From NCBI GenBank assembly GCA_964016885.1, contig OZ024741.1:388306001-388370000 (forward strand): DNA of 64,000 nucleotides, written 5' to 3'. Under the pieces are notes generated by a model that was not told where the DNA came from, did no database searches, and worked only from the letters and a program-made list of their open reading frames with translations. Source of the DNA: Eledone cirrhosa (taxonomy: Eukaryota). The translations under genes were made by a program, and so were the position numbers. Of the stretch, positions 55,159-64,000 are shown piece by piece (the stretch's first letter is position 1; every line of letters starts with the position of its first letter).

Positions 55159-56059
55159 ATTATTATTATTATTATTGTTATATAATATATATCATATAGA
55201 ATAAAAGAAATCTTTATTAGTTATCTCGAATATCGAGTTTGAAATGCAAGTGTATCAGAATTCATAGAATAATGGGAAAAAAACTCATCGCAAGGAAGGT
55301 GTTAAAGCAGCAAAATGCCGTCAATGACAGCGTTGGGTAAAATTTACCTCAAAGGACAGAAATCAGTAGCTAGAAGTTTGTTGACCCACGGAAGTGATAG
55401 GAAGAAAAGAGAAAAGGAGAAAAGGAATAAAAATAAAAGTTATTTTTCTCTCTCTCTGACCTGTCTTGTCCATCTATCTAATCTGTTCGTTCCTCATACA
55501 AACATTATGATAGCAACAGAGATATTTATTTCTCTGTTGTTACGAGAAATCTATTTTACATGGTACTTTTAGTTAAATCATCGAAACCACAGCTGATCTA
55601 AAAGCTGATGAGAGTATTTAAATGTTTGTGTGATCTCCTCTCATCCATTTTATTCCTTTTCTCCTTTCTTCATATCACTGCTGTGGCCAACACACTTCTA
55701 GTCACTGAGAATGTGTTTATTTCTTCTCCCCCATTTATTGTAATGGCTTACATTTTTTGTTAACATGATATCTTATTTTCTTGTATTTTTTCTTCTGTTC
55801 TTTTTTTCTTCCTTTTTTTTATTTGTTGCATTCATATCTCCTGCCAGGCTTCACACATTTTCCCTGGTGTCACCCAAAATTGTATATGTTTTGTAACTAT
55901 AAATAAATGTTTTGTCTTTCGTCTCTTACTCCTTTGGACAGTGTTTGGTTTATATCATTTAAAACAAATAATTTTTTAAGTTTTTCCCCTTAAAAATTGT
56001 TTTTCGTTTTGTTTTGTTTCTGTGTATTGTCTTGTCCTTTATTTGTTAATTTTCTTAAG

Positions 56060-56313
56060 TCACACACACACACACACAGACACACACACACACACAGACA
56101 CAGACACACACACACACACACAGACACACACACACTCACACACACCCACACACACAGACACACAGACACACACACAGACACACACACAGACACACACTCA
56201 CACTCACACAGACACACACACACACACACTCTCACACACATACTCACACACACACACACACACACATACTCACACATACACATACACACAGACAGACACA
56301 CACACACACACAC
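56060..56313. repeat. Compound (CA)n microsatellite
   Basis: CA repeats with GA/CT interruptions. Confidence 0.95.
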
Positions 56314-56639
56314 ATGATTTATTCTTTATCATTAATGTTAAAATAAAAAAAACAATGATTATATTCTTTTAGAAAAGGACATCATATTTCATATAGCTTA
56401 GTGCCTCCACAGGTGACAGTTCGGCCCTATCTAGGATCATGCCACCCCCAACTTACTAGCCTTGTGCCAAGGCTAGTAAGAAACATCCTCCTCCTCCTCC
56501 ACACATCATCATCATCATCATTGAAAGGCTTGGTTCTTGGGATTCATGCTGTGGACATGATTGTAATGGCACAGCATGTAGTTTCCCTTTGGGTGTTTAT
56601 TACCTCTCTTTTACCCTCCCTTGCTCCTTCTCAGTCTCT

Positions 56640-56697
56640 TTCCCTTTCCTCCTTTCCTTCCTTCTTTCTTTTTTCTTTCTTCCTCCCTTCCTCCATT

Positions 56698-56741
<44 letters not shown>

Positions 56742-57075
56742 TCAATCTTCCTTCATTTCTATCTTTCTTTCTATTTAAACTCATCTCTCTATCTTTCTCT
56801 CATTAGTTTCCTTATTACTGCCCCCCCCCCCCCGTCCCGGTCATGACACACCAAGCAAACTAACTGGAAAAAATAGATAAGACAGTTGTTGATTGATGCT
56901 GGTTCTATTGCTGCTGCTGCTGCTGATGATGATGATACTGGTGTTGGGGGGGTGATTTTGATACCGCTGTGGCTGATGGTGGTGGTGGTGGAATGGGGTG
57001 AGATAAGGGTTGATGATGATGATGGTGATGATAACAATGGTGAGGATGATGTTTATGATGATGAAAATGATGAAA

Positions 57076-57114
<39 letters not shown>

Positions 57115-57340
57115 GTGGTGATGGTGGTGGTGGGCTAAGGGGAAGTAGGAGTTGATGATGATGATGATGATAATAAAATGATGATGAGTTTCTTGTGAAT
57201 GAGTTTTGTCTCAGGTTGTTTGCCTAATCAAGATCAAAGATCAGTGATTAATGATCAGTTTTTTTGAGCCCTGATGATGATGATGATGATGATGACGATG
57301 ATGATGATGACGATGATGATGATGACGATGATAATGATGA
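56640..57340. repeat. Low-complexity cluster of (CTTT)n, (GAT)n and (GGT)n
   Basis: Directly visible simple repeats. Confidence 0.9.
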
Positions 57341-57730
57341 TGTGGTAGACAGTTTTCAGATAAATATAAACTCTTGAACAGGGGGGGGGGGGGCGTAGGC
57401 AATTTCAGGCAGTTTGGTATCAAAAGAGCTATCCAAAACAACCCTCAAATAAATAACCAATAGATATGCATCCTTTCCTATTTCAATACAATGAGACAAT
57501 TTGGCTGATATTTCTAGCAGGTTGAGTGACTGCATATAGGATGCCTTGGCTTATTGCAATTGCAATAACTCATTAAAGTAATTAAAATAATTACAATACT
57601 GTTTTCACTTTATAAGTATTGGCAAGAACATTCTCTAGTTAGTTAATTTTTCCTACTTGTTCATTAATTCCAGACAAGTGAATCATATAAATAATACATA
57701 CATACATATATATATATATAAATATATATT

Positions 57731-59694
57731 ATTATACTTTGGGAGGGTCATGTTGCCAATAAGAAACACACGCACCAGTCACTTTCACTTCAATTTATTA
57801 TAATACATTTATAAATTTAGGAATTTATAAATTTCTGGTTGGTTGGTTGGTTCCACAACCAGATAGTTGTTTATGTATTGTCAAAGTTCTTTCGTCACAC
57901 ATTCTGTGACCTCTTCAGTGACTGGGGATTCTTTTCTTTGTTTTTGTGCCTCTCCTTTGTTCTGTCCTACGCCATTTTGTTTCTGTGTGTGTGTTGTGTG
58001 CTCAGTCTGCACATGCGCCACATCCGGGTGTCTGTGTGTGTTTATATTCGTTTATTTATTTGTTTATTTACATGTTACCGGTTGGTTGTTTGTTCTATGT
58101 GCGTGTGTGTTTTCATTTTGTCCTTAATTGTAAGTTGTGATGTTGCTGTTCCACTCATATTTTCTATTTAATTTTAGTTGTAATTCTTTTATGTTTATTG
58201 CCTCTGTGATTTGTCTAAACATTGCGTCTTTTCTGTGTGTAGATTCTATTTTTATTTCTATGTTCTCTAATTTACCCTTATGTTCTATTTTAGCATGTTG
58301 GTAAAGTACAGATGATTCTTTACTATCTTGAAGGTCTCGCCAGTGTTCATTTATCCGTTCCCCTACACTACGAGCTGTCTCACCTATGTACACTATATTT
58401 TTGTCTCTACATTGTCCTTCAGTACATCTTATGCTATATACTACATTTCTAGTTTTACGGTTAATATGGGGGCTTATTTTACAGGTTTTACATTTCTTAT
58501 CTATACAGGGGGGTCTTTGAAAAGGGTATGTCTTGCTAATAAGTGTTTTTACGGACGTACCTGGTCTTTCTACTATCTTAATATTGAGTTTATGTTTATC
58601 TAGGGCCCTTCTAAATTTGTAAGCTAATTCACCTCTAGGGGTTGTATCGATGAACATTCCACTCTGGTATTTATTGCTATCATACCATGAGTTTATTCTA
58701 TTAGCCTTATTCCTAGTTCTTTCTATTCTATTCCAAAATTTGCTCCTATACAAGGGGCAGGTCCCATTTGTGTCATTATTTACCATTTTTTCCCATTTGG
58801 TTCTGGCTCCTCTATACACTCTGATTTTATCTCTCTGATTGTAACCAGAGAACTGCATACGGTGGATGAAGTGTTGTATGTGTCTCTCTAGTTCTTCGGG
58901 GTTGCACATGCGGGACACGTTTCTCATCACCCGTACCAAATCCGCAATCAGTATGTTGATTTTGGTATGGTCCGAAACAGCGGAGTTTCGGTGGATCAGA
59001 TGTTTGGAAGTCATGGGTTTGGCATAATGGGAATGGAGGATTTGTTTTTTGTTATTAATGGTATCTAACCAGAGCTCTGTGTCTAGTACAGGTAATCGAT
59101 GGTTGGGGTGTTTACTTGGGTAGTCTATAGTAACTCTAATCTGGTGGATGGAGTTAGCTATTTGCTGGATGCTTTCCATTGTGTTTTTCTCTAGTTCCTG
59201 ACTGTTCTCTAGTGGGGGTGTCTTAACTACGATGTTTATATCATCAACGTAGCGGGAGTACATTATCAGGGTTAAGGGGTCTTCTAATTGTTCTTTAAGT
59301 TTAAGTTTAAGTCTATTGTCCCACCATACCATGAATAAGTTAGCTATGTCGCCTGCAATGCTAACACCAATGGCTGCTCCTTCCTCTTGGGCATATGTTT
59401 TTCCATTAAATTTGAACATATGTTCCTTAAGGGTTAGTTTTATGCTGGCCCCTACCGCATGTGCAATCATTTTCTTCAGTTCATCGTGGTTTTCGGGTGT
59501 CCGTATGGCTCTGGTCCACCCGTTCCATCTATCTGTGTGGGTTTTCTTGGCCATTGAGGTAATGGTAGGTGGTCTGCTTCTTGCTGGTCTTGTAGGGCAC
59601 AGGTTGCTAAGGTCATATGTGTCTAGGTAATTATTACTATAGGTAAGTTTAAGTAGGAGTCCCAGCTCACTAGTATCAATCCCACGGAACTCAA
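57731..59694 (-). mobile_element. Penelope-like element, 3' part (RT C-half, GIY-YIG endonuclease, pLTR)
   Basis: ORF 58124-59554 has GAAIGVSIAGDIANLFM, RYVDD, LPVLD, a Cys-rich linker, NVVYSIRC..VYIGETARS..RINEH and EAINI. It ends in (TA)n. Confidence 0.95.
57880..57922 (-). ncRNA. Minimal type I hammerhead ribozyme in the PLE pLTR
   Basis: GTCA-CTGAAGA-G-GTCACA GAATG TGTGAC-GAAA-GAAC-TT-TGAC. The position is the one expected for PLE HHRs. Confidence 0.8.
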
Positions 59695-62088
59695 GAAGTA
59701 ACTAGGATCACCACACCAAGAGAAAAACTAATATTTATAAGCCTTATACGTCCTGAAAAACAGTACATTGCTCAAGAATGTGATAAGCACTTTAACAAGA
59801 AACTAAAGTGGCTTAAGCAGATAAAACTAAATCAGGATACTGTAGAGAATACCAATAGATATCCCGACAAAATTGACGGTATAAATATGGCCGACACCTC
59901 ATTAACAGATGAGTTCAACAACAACAACAACACAAATATATACGGCAACACGGCAATAGATCCTGATGAATTATCTGTATTAAAACTACTTCCAAAATTT
60001 GCGACATTCAAGAAGGTAAATATGATTAGTTGTCTGTCAGAAATAGAAAAATCATTTACAAAATTACGTTGGAGCCTCAAAAACAAAAACAAAAGTAACA
60101 ACATACGCACACACATATACAACACATATCCCAACAACAACAGACACACAGATACAAACAACAATAACAACAACAACAGACACGCAGACACAAACAACAA
60201 TAACAACACACACAACAATAATAACACACACGGAGACAACAACAACAACAACACACATCAACAACAGCACACATCAACAACAACAACACACACACATTCA
60301 ATGACTCTCACCACCACCACAATCTTAACAAACACACAGACACAGAAAACAAGTAATGACAGTAGCACAGAAATCACAGAAATAAGGGAAAGTAATAGGA
60401 TTAAAAGGAGAAGGGAGACTATGGACAAAGAAAATAACCAAGACGAACACACAGACACACAAAATAGAGTAGATAATAACAATGAGCCAGTGGAAAGAGA
60501 CAGGTGTAATAATGAGAGACATAGAAACAGCCATGAAGCTGTTGGTGGAAATAGAAATAGAAACAACACAACTAACAATAACAATAGCACTAGTACACAT
60601 AAAGCAGCAGCCTGGAACTCTACTTTTTATAATCCCTCCGATAAGTGGTTCGACCTGCGACGAGTCCACGCCACGACCTTACCATTTAACAAACGCACGC
60701 AATTGCCGTCGTAGGTCGATGAACAAACAGAAGCACAATTTAGTATAGCTAGATCCGAACTTAGAAATATTATAGAACAGTATAGCAAGAAGCATAATAG
60801 AATGGAGGCCCAGCAACTGGGAGAAAAATCTGCAAATGGCTTGCGTAAGCTCATGCAGCGCTCGCGTAATGGAGAGATAGCATGCTTTCCAACAGACAAA
60901 TCTGGCAGAATGTTGGTTGACAGCCTGCCAAACTACATCCAGGCAATGCAACCCCACATCACTAACACAAGAGAGGTAACACCACAGGAGCATGAGGATA
61001 GAGAAAAAGCCCTCAATGCCCATATGGTGATGTGGACGAATATAATGCAGCCCAACAAAAGGACTGCCAACAACTTCCAGGCCTGGAACAATGACGTGCC
61101 GGCGTTGTATGGGCTTCGAAAAGACCATAAAACGGGCAGTGACCCTGTCACGGGACCACCAACACGGCCAGTCTGTGGAGCTAACATTGCTAGTAACTAC
61201 AGACTGTCCTACTTCCTCTCCCTGATCATACACCCCATCGTTGAAATGTCTCCAGATGTATGTGACAACACGGAGGACCTCCTCAGCAGAATCGGCGAGA
61301 GTAACCGATCTAGGGACCTAACAAACTGCATAATAGGTAGTATGGATGTTGTGTCCCTATTGATGTGGATTTTGCTGTGGAGAAATGCGTAGAAATGATC
61401 AGTGAGAGCAATGTTGAGTTCCGTGGGATTGATACCAGTGAGCTGGGACTCCTACTTAAACTTACCTATAGTAATAATTACCTAGACACATATGACCTTA
61501 GCAACCTGTGCCCTACAAGACCAGCAAGAGGCAGACCACCTACCATTACCTCAATGGCCAAGAAAACCCACACAGATAGATGGAACGGGTGGACCAGAGC
61601 CATACGGACACCCGAAAACCACGATGAACTGAAGAAAATGATTGCACATGCGGTAGGGGCCAGCATAAAACTAACCCTTAAGGAACATATGTTCAAATTT
61701 AATGGAAAAACATATGCCCAAGAGGAAGGAGCAGCCATTGGTGTTAGCATTGCAGGCGACATAGCTAACTTATTCATGGTATGGTGGGACAGTAGACTTA
61801 AACTTAAACTTAAAGAACAATTAGAAGACCCCTTAACCCTAATAATGTACTCCCGCTACGTTGATGATATAAACATCGTAGTTAAGACACCCCCACTAGA
61901 GAACAGTCAGGAACTAGAGAAAAACACAATGGAAAGCATCCAGCAAATAGCTAACTCCATCCACCAGATTAGAGTTACTATAGACTACCCAAGTAAACAC
62001 CCCAACCATCGATTACCTGTACTAGACACAGAGCTCTGGTTAGATACCATTAATAACAAAAAACAAATCCTCCATTCCCACTATGCCA
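59695..62088 (+). mobile_element. 5' part of the same PLE in inverted orientation (N-terminus and RT, disrupted)
   Basis: ELSVLKLLPKF, PTDKSGRM, LYGLRKDHK, TRPVCGA, GSMDVVSL (frameshift), RYVDD. Stop at 60712-60714. 61414-62088 is the reverse complement of 59020-59694. Confidence 0.92.
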
Positions 62089-62093
62089 TCTGT

Positions 62094-62446
62094 AACAAAA
62101 TACACCCCCGTCCCACCACCCCCACCCCATCCACACCGCCCCTTTCAATGTAAAGTTATGTTGGTGCCACAACATCCAGGCCGAAACAAATGAGATCGTG
62201 TAGGTGTCACGACAAAAAAAATACACAGTCCACGCTGTAATGTGGCCGTGTAGGCAACACGGTAAAAACCTCCCAGTCCCACACTGTAAATGTGGTTGGG
62301 AAGGGCATCCAGCTGTAGAAAACCCGCCAGACAGTCCTATGCGAGCAAGACAACCACTCTTGCCTCAAGTGTGAAAACTCCCGTCCAAACCCATGCAACC
62401 GTGGAACATGGACGTTAAACGATGATGATGATGATGATGATGTTGA

Positions 62447-62449
<3 letters not shown>
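62094..62449 (+). mobile_element. RTE 3' UTR copy with (GAT)n tail
   Basis: Colinear with 44175-44553. Confidence 0.9.
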
Positions 62450-62498
<49 letters not shown>

Positions 62499-62503
62499 AT
62501 ATA

Positions 62504-62875
62504 TCATCATCATCATCGTTTAACGTCCATCTTCCACGCTTGCATGGGTTTGGACTGGAATTTTCCCACTTGAGGCAAGATTGGTTGTCTTGCTCGTGTA
62601 GGACTGTCTGGCGGATTTTCTACGGCTGGATGCCCTTCATAACACCAACCACGTTTACAGTGTGGACTGGGAGGTTTTTACCATGTTACCTACACGGCCA
62701 CATTACAGCGTGGACTGTGTGTTTTTTTGTCGTACACCTACACCTCATTTGCTTCGGACTGGATGTTGTGGTACCAACATAACTTTACATTGAAAGGGGT
62801 GGTGTGGATGGGGATGGGGGTAGTGGGACGTGGGTGTATTTTTGTTAGAGGTGCCTACTGACTGTAGGTTTCGCT
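62504..62875 (-). mobile_element. RTE 3' UTR copy with (GAT)n tail
   Basis: Reverse complement of about 44145-44545. Confidence 0.9.
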
Positions 62876-62910
62876 TATATATATATTCGCTTATATATAT
62901 ATATATATAT

Positions 62911-64000
62911 ATATGATAATAAGGGCGCTGCGGAGTTGCAAATGGGTTACATATGAAAAAAGTTTGTCCTTCATCAGTGATCTTCCAACCATCATAGGCA
63001 TTTCATCGCTTTAAAGACCATATACCTCCGGTTGGTGCGAGCAACGGCTAAAAAAAGTCGTTGGGACACGTAAATAAAGGGGACGCGAGGGTAAACAAAC
63101 AAAATGGTGAAGCAACAGAAAGTGAGGAAGAAAGAGACAAGTCCCAGATTTCTATGAATTTAAATTCGGTGAAATCGTGAACGAGAGAATAAAGACCATC
63201 AAACCTGGTTGAAATGTGAGCAAGGAAGGAATTTCGCACAGGTCTAACGGGAGGAAGAAGGGGTCTGATCTGCGAATTCGGTAAACATAAGTTCTGTGAA
63301 ATCGTAGACGAGAGAGAGAAAAAATTCATACCAGCTTGGCCGAGCGTGCGAGAGAAAAGAATTACACACAGGTCAAACGGGAAGAAAGAGGTGGAGGAGA
63401 GGTAGTGACAGAGAATGAGTGAGTGAAGGGTGAGGAAGAGGCTAACAGAGAGAGAGACTGCTAGAAAGGGTAAAGATACATAGAACGAAAAAAGACGGGT
63501 AGCAGCAGAGGAAAAAATATATGTAAATATGATAATAAGGGCGCTGCGGAGTTGCAAGCCCAAATCTTTGCCCAGTACACCGGCCCCACGCCCGAACTGT
63601 ACGGTCGTTACATCGACGACTGTATCGGAGCCACGACCCTCACCCGAGAACAGCTCGACTCCTTTCTCTCCTTCTTCTGCTCCTTCCACCCCTCCCTCCA
63701 CTTCACCACCTCTATCTCCACCACCCACGTCCACTTCTTAGACATCTCCGTCGCCTTCGACCCCTCCCACCTTCCCTCGTCACCTCCGCCTTCTTCAAAC
63801 CCACCGACTCCCACTCCTACCTCGACTTTACCTCTTACCACCCCACACACACTAAACACTCTATTCCCTACTCCCAACTCCTCAGGATCCGCCGCCTCTG
63901 TAGCCGAGATGCCGACTTTGAGTCCCAGGCCCTTTCCCTAGTCAGCCATTTCATCCGCAGAGGTTACCCCCCTCTCTCGTCCACACCGCTCTCACCCGCG
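62911..64000. mobile_element. Second PLE family: minus-oriented terminal piece (62911-63557) plus + strand RT fragment (63558-64000)
   Basis: PELYGRYIDDCIGA..FHPSLHFT..VHFLDISV, then after a frameshift FKPTDSHSYLDFTSYHP..SIPYSQLLRIRRLCS. 31-bp direct repeat at 62911-62941 and 63527-63557. Confidence 0.85.

Noticed and set aside
58124-59554. Active autonomous PLE gene
   Set aside because: The N-terminal half is inverted and carries a stop and a frameshift in RT. A linker Cys seen in the older copy (INCKTR) is Arg here (INRKTR).

Overview
Eukaryotic, AT-rich, repeat-saturated genomic DNA. The (TA)n/(CAT)n microsatellites, tRNA-derived SINEs and RTE LINEs resemble a cephalopod such as Octopus (inference, no search run). 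No intact host gene is recognisable. The window holds three large tandem arrays (43-bp, 37-bp and a 16-19-bp G/T-rich array with an internal inverted duplication). It also holds decayed non-LTR retrotransposons (RTE, CR1/L2, R4/Dong, CRE-like), two Penelope-like element (PLE) loci, an internally deleted DD37D (maT) Tc1/mariner element, hAT- and piggyBac-type MITEs and many SINE or LINE-tail copies. The most interesting signal is a recurring set of minimal type I hammerhead ribozyme (HHR) motifs. Several sit inside short non-coding fold-back units, the best-preserved next to (TA)n, and the inverted arm ends close to the predicted cleavage site. Two unrelated copies share an atypical C.A pair at the base of stem II. 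Most long ORFs in the track are artefacts of stop-free repeats. Coordinates were read by eye and are approximate.
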